Under the pieces are notes generated by a model, which saw only the letters and a list, made by a program, of their open reading frames with translations, was not told the origin of the DNA and ran no database searches. The position numbers were made by a program, and so were the translations under genes. DNA of 40,541 nt, from UHGV virus genome UHGV-1362492; one strand, 5' to 3'. This DNA is from a virus. Shown piece by piece: positions 1 to 9,268 of this stretch (its first letter is position 1; every line of letters begins with the position of its first letter).

Positions 1-792
1 GGTGACTTGTCATTCAATCCATTTTTGTATTACCAGATCACATTCAGCTTCAACCCAGTGTCAGCAACGCACTGGCTGAAGGCAAAGTATTTTGACATTA
101 AGAGTGATGATGTATACACACACCAGTCTACATACCTGCAGAACCGGTTCATAGATGAAGCGTATCACCGGCGCATGATGATGCGTAAAGAACGGGATCC
201 GGACGGATATCGGATTTATGGACTCGGTGAATGGGGAGAAACTGGCGGTCTGATTCTTACAAATTATGTGGTTGAGGAATTCAACACATCTTCTGATCGA
301 TTTGATTACATGGTAAATTCACAGGATTTTGGATTCAACCATGCGAACTGTATCGGAGAGGTTGGGTTCAAAGATGGAGATATCTACTTATGTCGGGAAT
401 TGTATGTATTTGAAAAAGATACATCAGAGATCATACAGCTGGCCGAGGGAAAATTCCAGAAGCGAATTACCATGTATTGCGATTCTGCTGAGCCAGACAG
501 GATTAAGATGTGGCAGAAAGCAGGATACAGAGCATGTCCGGTTAAGAAAGAGCCAAACAGTGTAAAAGCGCAGATTGATTACTTAAAGCAGCATACAATC
601 CATATACATCCGTCTTGCGTAAATACGATTAAGGAGATCCAGCAATGGAAATGGCGAAAAGATGAGAAGACGAACACCTTCACAGATGAGCCAGTGAATT
701 TCTTTGATGATGCAATGGCAATGCTCAGATATTCTATTGAGCAGGAGAGAAAAGGCAAAGTGAAGTTAAAGACCTTTAGAGGAGGAATATAA
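1..792 (+). CDS. terL: terminase large subunit, C-terminal part (5' end cut by window edge; N-terminal part at 40065..40541)
   Basis: Frame 1 is open from nt 1 (GDLSFNPF...). Position directly before portal. FNP/HW motifs typical of PBSX-type terminase nuclease domain. N-terminal ATPase part (Walker A GSAGSGKS) found at the 3' end of the window, reading ...DDRLR into GDLSFNP. Confidence 0.7.
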   Translation, partial: GDLSFNPFLYYQITFSFNPVSATHWLKAKYFDIKSDDVYTHQSTYLQNRFIDEAYHRRMMMRKERDPDGYRIYGLGEWGETGGLILTNYVVEEFNTSSDRFDYMVNSQDFGFNHANCIGEVGFKDGDIYLCRELYVFEKDTSEIIQLAEGKFQKRITMYCDSAEPDRIKMWQKAGYRACPVKKEPNSVKAQIDYLKQHTIHIHPSCVNTIKEIQQWKWRKDEKTNTFTDEPVNFFDDAMAMLRYSIEQERKGKVKLKTFRGGI

Positions 793-793
793 A

Positions 794-2152
794 ATGAATG
801 GGAAAAGACCATACAAACTGCCGGAACCGCTTTTATGTTCCGCTGATAAAGAAATCAATATGACATTGATAGACGAATACATCAGAAAGCATGAAGAGCG
901 AATGCCAAGGTACAGATACCTTGAGAATCTATACAAAGGATTTCACGATGTATTCCGTCTCCCGGAAAAGGAGTCATGGAAGCCGGATAATCGACTGGCA
1001 GTGAATTTCCCAAGGTATATCACAGAGACCTTTTTGGGATATGCTTATGGGATTCCGGTTAAAAAATCACATCCGGACGAAAAAATAAAAGATGCGATCC
1101 TTGAATTTGACCGGGATAATGATATCTCAGATCAGGAGTACGAGCTGGCGAAGAAGTGCTGCATTTACGGACATGCATTCGAGTATTTTTACCAGGATGA
1201 AGAAGCAAAGACAAAGACAGTAGTCTGCAATCCAAAAGAACTGTTTGTTGTCTACGATGATACCGTAAAGAGCCGCGCTCTATTTGCTGTGAGATATGGA
1301 AAAAAGGACGATAATGTTACAAGGTATGGTGAGATACTCACAAGGACAGAAATAATCCCATTTGATGGAGAAAAGATGCAGGAGAGTATACCGAATCCTT
1401 ACGGGCGTATTAACTGCGTGGAATACGTGTTGAACGATGAGAGAATCGGTCTGTATGAAGAAGTTGCCGGCATGGTAGAAACATACAACCGAGTGATCGG
1501 AGAAAAAGCGAACGATGTAGATTCTTTCGCAGAAGCGTATCTTGCAGTGCTGGGTGCAGAATTGGATGATGACGGTATTTATAAAATCAGGGACAATCGA
1601 ATTATAAATCTTTACGGTACGGAAAACGCAAAGGATATTATCGTGCAGTTTCTTGGCAAACCTACGGCAGACGGAACGCAGGAAAATCTCTTGAATCGGC
1701 TTGAGGATTTGATTTATCAGACAAGTATGGTAGCGAACATCAGTGATGAATCTTTTGGAAATGCTTCTGGAACTTCCCTTGCGTATAAACTGCAGTCTAT
1801 GAGCAATCTTGCGTTGACATTCGACCGCAAAGCTGAAAAGTCCATGAGGAAACGGTATAAACTGTTTTGCTCTCTTGCAACGAATGTGTCAGATCGGGAC
1901 GCATGGAAAGATATTGATTTTACAATGAGTAGGAATATCCCGAAGAATCTCTTGGAGGAAGCGCAGACAGCACAGGTGCTTGAAAGTATCGTGTCCAAGG
2001 AAACGCAGCTGCAGGTCCTCTCGATCGTTAAGGACGTTACTGAGGAAATAGATCGAATGGAGAAAGAGGAAGAAAAGAAGCAGGAAACAATCGTAGAGAA
2101 GCGGATGTTCGGAGGTGCGGCAGATGAGCAGCAGGACGTACTGGAAGAATAG
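794..2152 (+). CDS. portal protein (SPP1 gp6-like)
   Basis: 452 aa, immediately after terL, acidic C-terminus, size and position typical of siphovirus portal. Confidence 0.7.
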   Translation: MNGKRPYKLPEPLLCSADKEINMTLIDEYIRKHEERMPRYRYLENLYKGFHDVFRLPEKESWKPDNRLAVNFPRYITETFLGYAYGIPVKKSHPDEKIKDAILEFDRDNDISDQEYELAKKCCIYGHAFEYFYQDEEAKTKTVVCNPKELFVVYDDTVKSRALFAVRYGKKDDNVTRYGEILTRTEIIPFDGEKMQESIPNPYGRINCVEYVLNDERIGLYEEVAGMVETYNRVIGEKANDVDSFAEAYLAVLGAELDDDGIYKIRDNRIINLYGTENAKDIIVQFLGKPTADGTQENLLNRLEDLIYQTSMVANISDESFGNASGTSLAYKLQSMSNLALTFDRKAEKSMRKRYKLFCSLATNVSDRDAWKDIDFTMSRNIPKNLLEEAQTAQVLESIVSKETQLQVLSIVKDVTEEIDRMEKEEEKKQETIVEKRMFGGAADEQQDVLEE

Positions 2153-3404
2153 GGAAGAAGAGCAGCGAAAGAAGAATATCAAGGATGAAGCTGAATACGC
2201 GAAAGAGATTGAGAAGATCTATGCGAACATGATGGATGAAATCCAGAAAGAGATCAATGGATTCTACACGCGATATGCAAAAGCAGAGGGAATCACAATT
2301 GCAGAAGCGAAGAAGCGAGTATCCAAAATGGATATTGATGCATACAGTCGGAAAGCAGCGCAGTATGTTAAGGACAAGAATTTCTCAAAAGAAGCCAATG
2401 AGGAAATGAGACTTTACAATGCAGCTATGAAGATTAACAGGCTTGAAATGCTAAAAGCAAATATCGGAATGCATCTTGTTGGTGGATTTGATGAGCTTCA
2501 GAAGTATTTTGACCAGATCCTGACAGAGAAAACACTGGAAGAATTTGAAAGGCAGGCTGGAATTCTTGGCAAATCCATTCAAAACAATGCGAAGATGGCA
2601 CACTCGACCGTGAACGCTTCTTTTCGCAATGCGAGATACTCAGACCGTATTTGGATGTATCAAGATATGCTGAAAGCTGAATTGTCGAAGCTATTACAGA
2701 CTGGTTTGATACAGGGTAAGAATCCGAGAACACTGGCAAGGCACCTTACCAAACTGTTTGGAGTAAGCCGGGAAAATGCAGAGCGACTGATGATAACGGA
2801 GCTGTCGAGAGTGCAGGCAGAAGCGCAGAAACAGTCTTATATCCGCAATGGATTTGATGAGTATGAGTTTATCGCAGAACCTACCGCCTGTCCGATCTGT
2901 AGATCGTTGGATGGAAAACATTTTAAAGTATCAAAAATGATGCCAGGAGAAAATGCACATCCAATGCATCCACGTTGCCGGTGCAGTACAGCAGCATATA
3001 TGGATGATAAGGCGTATAATGAATGGCTGGACGGGTATTCCGAACACGGGATGAACTTTGAAACTTGGAAGAAGAGGGTTGAAAAGAAATCTACGTTTGA
3101 TATAATAAAGGCAGATAAAACTGTCAGCGGACATTCCGGCACTCCTAAGATGGCAGAGGCAGGAATGGTAATAGATCACATTGGAAAAGATGGGAAAGTA
3201 GATGTAAGAGCTTTTTACGGAGAGTCAAAATTAAAATCTAAAGATATCCACACAACCGATCATGGGAATCCAAAGCAGCACCCTTATGGAGAACATGGGG
3301 AACACGTACATGATTATACATGGGGAGATGATGGTAGACTGAAGAATAAGACAACTCGCGAATTAAGCAAAGAGGAAAGAAAGGAGAATGGCGATATATT
3401 ATGA
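2115..3404 (+). CDS. minor head protein, phage Mu F-like domain with extra ~130-aa His-rich C-terminal extension
   Basis: Overlaps portal stop. Conserved MuF signature ...TACPICRSLDGK...HPMHPRCRC. C-terminal tail (…DHGNPKQHPYGEHGEHVHDY…) is not part of the MuF core. Confidence 0.7.
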   Translation: MRQMSSRTYWKNREEEQRKKNIKDEAEYAKEIEKIYANMMDEIQKEINGFYTRYAKAEGITIAEAKKRVSKMDIDAYSRKAAQYVKDKNFSKEANEEMRLYNAAMKINRLEMLKANIGMHLVGGFDELQKYFDQILTEKTLEEFERQAGILGKSIQNNAKMAHSTVNASFRNARYSDRIWMYQDMLKAELSKLLQTGLIQGKNPRTLARHLTKLFGVSRENAERLMITELSRVQAEAQKQSYIRNGFDEYEFIAEPTACPICRSLDGKHFKVSKMMPGENAHPMHPRCRCSTAAYMDDKAYNEWLDGYSEHGMNFETWKKRVEKKSTFDIIKADKTVSGHSGTPKMAEAGMVIDHIGKDGKVDVRAFYGESKLKSKDIHTTDHGNPKQHPYGEHGEHVHDYTWGDDGRLKNKTTRELSKEERKENGDIL

Positions 3405-3640
3405 AAAAAGATGAATTAAGACAAATTTTATCTGAGTGTTGCAATGATATTTCTTTCTCTTATAGAGGATTGGCATCGGGAGTGACAGTTGAAGTCAGAG
3501 ATTACATTCCAACGTATCAAGCGTGGCATGGTAATGATACGAAAGAGTATGATAATGTAGATGAGGTTATGAATGATAAATTTTATAGCGGAAAATCATT
3601 AAACGATCTAGTAAAAGAAGTAGAAATTGATGTAATGTAA
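3401..3640 (+). CDS. small hypothetical protein, candidate immunity partner of the MuF C-terminal module
   Basis: 79 aa, ATGA start/stop overlap with MuF gene, AT-rich, followed by a hairpin terminator. Unusual position inside the head module. Confidence 0.4.
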   Translation: MKKDELRQILSECCNDISFSYRGLASGVTVEVRDYIPTYQAWHGNDTKEYDNVDEVMNDKFYSGKSLNDLVKEVEIDVM

Positions 3641-3674
3641 TACCATCGGCTGAGTTGGCTGGTGGTATTTTTAT
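3641..3674 (+). terminator. rho-independent terminator-like hairpin (ataccatcggc-tgagtt-ggctggtggtat + TTTTT)
   Basis: ~11-bp stem with 2 G-U pairs, 6-nt loop, T-run 3668-3672. Seen directly in sequence. Confidence 0.5.
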
Positions 3675-3697
3675 ACCCATTTTGGAGGTGATGCGAT

Positions 3698-3985
3698 TTG
3701 ATTGAGGTAAGAATCCGACCAGAATGTATTGAAATCTCTGGACACGCAGGGTATGCAGAACCCGGAAAAGATATTGTGTGTGCAGCTGTGACAGCACTTA
3801 CGCAGACGCTGATCCAGTCGATTGATGACTTAACGGATGATGAAATAGAATACAGAATATCTCCCGGAAAGGCTGAGATAGAATACAGGAATCTGTCAGA
3901 GAAATCAAAAACTCTGGTGGATTCCTTTTTCGTTGGCATCTGTTTGATTGCGGAAGAATTTCCGGAATATGTGAAAGTGAGGTGA
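3698..3985 (+). CDS. prp: Prp-like cysteine protease (ribosomal-processing cysteine protease family, DUF464)
   Basis: 95 aa. Motif SGHAGYAEPGKDIVCAAVTAL matches the Prp His/Cys dyad spacing (GHAGYA…DIVCAAVS). TTG start 7 nt after GGAGGTG. Confidence 0.65.
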   Translation: MIEVRIRPECIEISGHAGYAEPGKDIVCAAVTALTQTLIQSIDDLTDDEIEYRISPGKAEIEYRNLSEKSKTLVDSFFVGICLIAEEFPEYVKVR

Positions 3986-3989
3986 GAAT

Positions 3990-4283
3990 ATGAGTAAAAC
4001 AGAGAGTTTTATCAGAGCAGCAACAACAAGTGAGCAGGCACTGATTCTGGAATTTGCGCATGAGGGAAGAGCATATCTTGTGAAAAATTTTACGGATGGT
4101 GATGTATATGTTGGTCTCAAGGATGGTGCGACAAAAGAGGAGAGTATGTTAATTCCCGCTAATACAGCGCAGTGTGTGATTCTAAGGGATAAAATGTACT
4201 TTGATAAGGATGGAAACATCGTCCAAATCATCCCCACAGCAACAAGCGAAAAAGGAGTAGAAGTACAATGCTTAAAATGGTAG
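3990..4283 (+). CDS. hypothetical protein
   Basis: 97-aa ORF, RBS-spaced, no recognisable motif. Confidence 0.35.
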   Translation: MSKTESFIRAATTSEQALILEFAHEGRAYLVKNFTDGDVYVGLKDGATKEESMLIPANTAQCVILRDKMYFDKDGNIVQIIPTATSEKGVEVQCLKW

Positions 4284-5821
4284 ATGGAACAGGAATCATC
4301 GGAGTGGATATGATCTGCCCTTTAGGAGTCTCCACTCCACAGCCACCGAATTATGACAGGGTAGAGCTAGAGGGTGCAGGGATGCTGGTACTTCCAAATA
4401 GCTTGAATGCACCGCTTGAGAGGTTGGAGCTTGGTGGGAAGACGGAGCAGTTCTCTGCAAAAGGTTTGAATCTCTTTAATTATAAGGATTTTGTGGATAT
4501 AAGCACTTATGCGGATGAGGGTGCTGGTTACAGGAGAAAGTATCTGCAATTAAAGCCAAATACATCATACCGTATGACGATATTTAAAAATAGAATGTCG
4601 CCAAGTATGGATGCCACAGTAATGTTTATTGGCAATAAAGAAAAATATGACAATACTGCAGCTAATGGAAAGATTGTGCTTTTCACAATCACTGATAAAA
4701 AAAGTGCAACCATTGTCACAGGAGAAAGCGGTCAAATTGTATTCAAATTAAATAAAAATAGTACACCAGAATTACAAGAAGAATATCTATCGAAAGCAGA
4801 TATCATTTTATCCGAAGGAAGTACAGAAATCCCATACGAACCCTATACAGGCGGTAAACCATCCCCAAGCCCAGAATATCCGCAGGAAATCAAAAACTCT
4901 GGGAAGTGGAATGAGGGAACGCAGAAGTATGAAATCGAAGTTGTTTTAAGCGGCAAAAATCTGCTTGATATTACTGCCTGCGAAGATGGGAAAATATTTG
5001 AAGGTAGTGGGAATATTATTAGTGCAGATAACGGTCTCTTAACTGATTTTATACCATGTTTTCCTAATTCGCAGTACAGCAGAAGTCGCACTGGATTTAC
5101 AGTGGTCGCATTTTATGACTGCGATAAAAATAAGATAGGATTCGAAATTGTTGGAAATGCCACTTTTGTTACACCTGAAAAATGCAGATACTTTAGATAT
5201 TCGATAAATAAGGTTCAAGTAGACTATAAAAAGTTAGTAGCATGTCCCGGGGATACAGTAATGGATTACGAACCTTATTATCATAAACCTATTTTCTTGA
5301 ATCTCACATCCGACCGCCCACTCACAAAGTGGGACAGACTGGTAGAGCAGGGTGGAGAGATTGGGTGGTTGTATGCAGGGGTTGTTATTGACAGATTTGA
5401 CGGACAATCTAACAAAATAAGTATTGCAAATAAACAGGGAGATGTTCGAAACTTTTCAATTCGATTCGAGAATGTGGCGAATGGAAACGGAAATTCAGAT
5501 ATTTTTGTGGATAAATATAGGGCTGTCCAATTATCATATACCAAAGCAGAATACGGAATCTGTTGCAACTGGAATGACGGAGTTAAATATTTTAGCGCAC
5601 CAAACGAAAACGTCGCAACAGTCGATGAATTTAAGGCGTGGCTCGTAGAAAATCCGTTAAAAATCGCTTACGAAACTACGAACCCCGAATTCGTCCCACT
5701 CCCACAATCCGAGCAGAACGCAATCCGAGCATTAAAAGCCTACTACCCTACCACAGTCATCACAGCGGACGGAGGGGAGCTTGACCCCGATATCAAAGCA
5801 ACATATCGAAAGGAGATTTAA
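4268..5821 (+). CDS. hypothetical 517-aa protein in AT-rich insert of head module (possible decoration/fibre-like moron)
   Basis: Long uninterrupted ORF, GC visibly lower than flanking capsid genes. No motif recognised. Confidence 0.45.
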   Translation: MLKMVDGTGIIGVDMICPLGVSTPQPPNYDRVELEGAGMLVLPNSLNAPLERLELGGKTEQFSAKGLNLFNYKDFVDISTYADEGAGYRRKYLQLKPNTSYRMTIFKNRMSPSMDATVMFIGNKEKYDNTAANGKIVLFTITDKKSATIVTGESGQIVFKLNKNSTPELQEEYLSKADIILSEGSTEIPYEPYTGGKPSPSPEYPQEIKNSGKWNEGTQKYEIEVVLSGKNLLDITACEDGKIFEGSGNIISADNGLLTDFIPCFPNSQYSRSRTGFTVVAFYDCDKNKIGFEIVGNATFVTPEKCRYFRYSINKVQVDYKKLVACPGDTVMDYEPYYHKPIFLNLTSDRPLTKWDRLVEQGGEIGWLYAGVVIDRFDGQSNKISIANKQGDVRNFSIRFENVANGNGNSDIFVDKYRAVQLSYTKAEYGICCNWNDGVKYFSAPNENVATVDEFKAWLVENPLKIAYETTNPEFVPLPQSEQNAIRALKAYYPTTVITADGGELDPDIKATYRKEI

Positions 5822-5823
5822 AC

Positions 5824-6111
5824 ATGAACTACGCAAAAATCATGGAAAACGGAACTGTAAGAATCAGCTCCATCAAGAAAGAGGGCTATAAGCCGCTCAA
5901 AGAGGAAAAACCAGAGGGATTTAGCAACCTTGTCTTTGTCGGATATACGGAGACAGAGGAGAATGTAATAAAAGAGTATGAAGCAGTGGATGACGGTATG
6001 AGCGCCTACGGTAAATTGCAGAAAGACTTGAAAGCAACACAGGCGGCACAGGAAGTCACAGATCAGGCAGTGCAGGAATTAATTCTTGCGACTATGAAAA
6101 TGGGGGTGTAA
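5824..6111 (+). CDS. hypothetical protein
   Basis: 95-aa ORF tightly following previous gene. Confidence 0.35.
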   Translation: MNYAKIMENGTVRISSIKKEGYKPLKEEKPEGFSNLVFVGYTETEENVIKEYEAVDDGMSAYGKLQKDLKATQAAQEVTDQAVQELILATMKMGV

Positions 6112-6114
6112 GTT

Positions 6115-6210
6115 ATGGCACAGTTTTTGGCAAACAGAATCAAAGGTGGACACTTGACGATTGATGAAGTACCGGAGAGTTTAAAAGAACAGGTACAGGC
6201 GTTACTTTAG
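6115..6210 (+). CDS. small hypothetical protein (31 aa; XkdX-like flavour, uncertain)
   Basis: ATG 6115 after GGGGTG. MAQFLANRIKGGHLTIDEVPESLKEQVQALL. Not in ORF track (below length cut-off). Confidence 0.25.
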   Translation: MAQFLANRIKGGHLTIDEVPESLKEQVQALL

Positions 6211-6333
6211 GAGATTAGCACATAGAGATATGTATTATTTTTATGCCTTTTTCCGGCAGGCGGTAAAGAACCGGCAATCTATTTTAAAGCAACGGTCTGG
6301 ACAGTGGATGGACTGGGGCAGAAAGGAAAAGAT

Positions 6334-6948
6334 ATGAAATTTAGAGAATTTATGGCATTACAGTTATTTGCCGAAGACGAAGGAACTGGGGCAGAAAGCA
6401 ATGGATCCGGCGTAAATGGCGAAGAAACACAGGGCAATGAGGGAGATCAGGGAACTTCCGGTAATACGTTTGAGGACTTTTTAAAGGATGGAAAGAACCA
6501 AGCAGAATTTGACCGGAGAGTCAACAAAGCAATCGAAACAGCACTCGGAAATGCGAAAGTGAAATGGCAGGAAGATGCTGACCAGAAAGCGGAAGAAGCA
6601 GCTAAAGTTGCAAAAATGAATGCAGAGCAGAAACAGCAGTACGATATGGACAAGTTAAAGGAAGAAAATGAGAGACTGAAAGCAGAGTCTGTTAAGAATC
6701 AGCTCAGCAGAAATGCATCCGTAGTCCTTGCAGAAAAAGGCATTGAGGCAACACAAGAGGTGCTTGATTTTATTGTGGGCGCCGATGAAACAGATACCAA
6801 TGCAAGAATTGACACTCTGATGAAAATCGTGGAATCCCAGCTTAAGAAAGCCGAGATCGCCAGAGCAACCGGATCTACACCAAAAACCATGACGAACTCA
6901 GGAAGTCCAATGTCTGAATTCGAAAAGAGACTTGCAAAGTATAAATAA
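6334..6948 (+). CDS. scaffold protein with N-terminal LQLFA (Prp-type) motif
   Basis: Directly precedes major capsid gene. Acidic, coiled-coil-like (EAAKVAKMNAEQKQQYDMDKLKEENERLKAE). N-terminus MKFREFMALQLFAEDEG. Confidence 0.65.
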   Translation: MKFREFMALQLFAEDEGTGAESNGSGVNGEETQGNEGDQGTSGNTFEDFLKDGKNQAEFDRRVNKAIETALGNAKVKWQEDADQKAEEAAKVAKMNAEQKQQYDMDKLKEENERLKAESVKNQLSRNASVVLAEKGIEATQEVLDFIVGADETDTNARIDTLMKIVESQLKKAEIARATGSTPKTMTNSGSPMSEFEKRLAKYK

Positions 6949-6962
6949 AGGAGAATGTGAAG

Positions 6963-7883
6963 ATGAAGAATAAAGAATTTATGATGTTACAGTTATTTGC
7001 GGCAGGAGACAACAATGATATGCCGGTAAGGAGCTACCAGCTTGAGTTTAAAAGACTTTTGCAGGCAGTATTTAAAAAGATGTCTTATTTCGCGGATTTT
7101 TTCGGCGGCGAACTTGAGGCACTGGATGGAGTCAGAGAAAATGAAACAGCCTTTTATGTAAAAACATCAGACATTCCGGTTGTGGTTGGAACTGGGTACG
7201 ATAAGACAGCTACGAAAGCATTTGGAACAGGCACCGGAAACTCTAGCCGCTTTGGAGAGAGGAAAGAAATTATCTACACAAACACACCGGTTAATTATTC
7301 TTGGGGTTGGAATTTCCACGAGGGAATTGACCGCCACACCGTAAATAATGATTTTGACGTTGCAGTGGCAGATCGCTTGGAACTGCAGGCGAGGGCTAAG
7401 ACAAAGCAGTTTAACAAGCAGCACGGAAAATTTATTTCCACATCTTCCGGAAAAGCTTTAAGCGTTACTGATTATACGGCAGACAATGTATTAAAGCTGT
7501 TTAATGAGCTGTCGAAGTATTTCAATAATATTGAAGCAGTTGGAACAAAAAAAATTAAGGCTTGTTCCGATCTGTACAATGCCGTTGTGGATCATCCTTT
7601 GAATACGACTGCTAAAAACTCTACTGTAAACATTGATGGCAATGAAGTTGTGAAGTTCAAGGGATTCCTTGTAGAGGAGATTCCGGATGAATTATTCCAG
7701 TCTAAAGAATGTGCCTATGCATATATTGCCGGAGTTGCAAAAGCGTTTACCGGAATTAACACAGCGAGAACAATCGAATCCGAGGATTTCGACGGTGTAG
7801 CGCTGCAGGGAGCTGGTAAAGCCGGAGAATTTATCCCGAATGACAACAAAAAGGCGGTAGTAAAAGTAACCATCACGGGGTAA
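6963..7883 (+). CDS. major capsid protein with N-terminal LQLFA (Prp-type) motif
   Basis: ATG 6963 after AAAGGAGAA. ~307 aa following scaffold. N-terminus MKNKEFMMLQLFAAGD parallels scaffold N-terminus. Confidence 0.65.
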   Translation: MKNKEFMMLQLFAAGDNNDMPVRSYQLEFKRLLQAVFKKMSYFADFFGGELEALDGVRENETAFYVKTSDIPVVVGTGYDKTATKAFGTGTGNSSRFGERKEIIYTNTPVNYSWGWNFHEGIDRHTVNNDFDVAVADRLELQARAKTKQFNKQHGKFISTSSGKALSVTDYTADNVLKLFNELSKYFNNIEAVGTKKIKACSDLYNAVVDHPLNTTAKNSTVNIDGNEVVKFKGFLVEEIPDELFQSKECAYAYIAGVAKAFTGINTARTIESEDFDGVALQGAGKAGEFIPNDNKKAVVKVTITG

Positions 7884-7888
7884 AGAGT

Positions 7889-8227
7889 ATGCGCAGGATG
7901 AAAAGTGTACTGGATGATTTAAAAAAGCTTCTGGGGATCGAGGATGATTCTCTTGATTCGAAACTGGAGTTGATTCTTAAATCCGTGCAGGGGCGGTTAA
8001 AACTCCTGCTCGGAGGAATCGAAGTGCCGCCGGAAATGAATCATATTGTTTTGGAAGTGGCAGTGATCCGGTTTAATCGGTTGGGTTCCGAGGGTATGTC
8101 ATCACACAATGTTGAGGGAGAGAATATGTCCTACAACGATAATGATTTTGATGGATTCATGAATGAAATACAGGCTTTTCTTGACTCACAAAAAGAATCA
8201 AAACGAGGAAGGGTGAGATTTATTTGA
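7889..8227 (+). CDS. head-tail connector protein (gp6-like)
   Basis: 112 aa, N-terminal LDDLKKLLGIEDDSLDSKLELIL pattern typical of gp6-like connectors, position after capsid. Confidence 0.55.
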   Translation: MRRMKSVLDDLKKLLGIEDDSLDSKLELILKSVQGRLKLLLGGIEVPPEMNHIVLEVAVIRFNRLGSEGMSSHNVEGENMSYNDNDFDGFMNEIQAFLDSQKESKRGRVRFI

Positions 8228-8526
8228 GGTGTGATACAGAAGTTTTCTTTCAGTCGATCGTACCTGGGGAGTATGACGAAGCTACTGGGGATTATGGAGA
8301 TGATATAGTCTCAGAAGAGAAAATATACGCCAGTGTGACAGATACCGGCACAGAGACAATGAACCTTGTATACGGATCCATAAAGCAGGGAAGCAAGACA
8401 GTGCGCTTACAGATGCAGTACAGAAAGTCGTTTGACCGCATCCGGATAGGCAACGCCTTATACAGAGTGGATTTTGAGCGGAAACTGCGGACAAAGCATG
8501 TGTTTGTAGTGTCGGAGGTGCAGTGA
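8224..8526 (+). CDS. head closure / head-tail adaptor protein
   Basis: 100 aa, overlapping start/stop with neighbours, position. Confidence 0.45.
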   Translation: MRCDTEVFFQSIVPGEYDEATGDYGDDIVSEEKIYASVTDTGTETMNLVYGSIKQGSKTVRLQMQYRKSFDRIRIGNALYRVDFERKLRTKHVFVVSEVQ

Positions 8527-8861
8527 TGGCTACGTTAAAAATCGAAGGAATCGCAAAGCTGAATAAAGGTTTGAAGAAGCGGATGGATATGGGCGCTGTG
8601 CAGACAGTTGTACGGAAAAACGGGGCAGATATGCAAAAGAAAGCGCAGAGGAATGCTCCAGTCGATACTGGAACACTGAAAAGAAGTATCGGTATTGACA
8701 TCTCTGATGGTGGGATGACCGCCACTGTCGAACCAACAGCTGAGTATGCTCCATATGTGGAACTCGGAACACGATTCATGGAAGCCCAACCCTATTTAAA
8801 ACCCGCATTTGAGGAGCAAAAGAAACAGTTTGAAAAAGATTTGCAAAAGCTTGTGAGGTGA
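8523..8861 (+). CDS. HK97 gp10-like tail-component protein
   Basis: 112 aa, start MMATLKIEGIAKLNKGLKK..., position between head closure and tail terminator. Confidence 0.5.
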   Translation: MMATLKIEGIAKLNKGLKKRMDMGAVQTVVRKNGADMQKKAQRNAPVDTGTLKRSIGIDISDGGMTATVEPTAEYAPYVELGTRFMEAQPYLKPAFEEQKKQFEKDLQKLVR

Positions 8862-8864
8862 GAT

Positions 8865-9254
8865 ATGGATCCACAGCAAGAATTATTTACAAAATTACTT
8901 ACAGAGATCAAAGCGTTAGAATTAGGATATGACGTATATGACGGCTTCTTACCGCCGGATGGTACGCCGTATCCTTTTGTGTATCTCGCAGACAGCCAAT
9001 TGATCGATGATGCAAATAAGACCGCTGTGTTTGGCAGTGTCCATCAGACAATTCACGTCTGGCACAACAATCCAAGACAGAGAGGAACGGTATCAAAAAT
9101 GCTGTTGGCGATCAAAACTACATGCAGAAAACTGGACCATACCGAAAATTTTGCATGGAATGTCCGGAATGTAAACCAAAGAATTTTACCGGACACAACA
9201 ACAAAGCAGCCTCTTTTACATGGGTTGCTAGAAATAGAATTTAGTTTTAGTTAG
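8865..9254 (+). CDS. tail terminator / tail completion protein (DUF3168-like)
   Basis: 129 aa immediately upstream of major tail gene. Confidence 0.45.
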   Translation: MDPQQELFTKLLTEIKALELGYDVYDGFLPPDGTPYPFVYLADSQLIDDANKTAVFGSVHQTIHVWHNNPRQRGTVSKMLLAIKTTCRKLDHTENFAWNVRNVNQRILPDTTTKQPLLHGLLEIEFSFS

Positions 9255-9268
9255 AGAGGAGAAAAAGC

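Noticed and set aside
8282-8779. 165-aa and other minus-strand ORFs inside the head-tail joining genes (also 8530-8789)
   Set aside because: Antisense to tightly packed, well-supported + strand structural genes. No start context.
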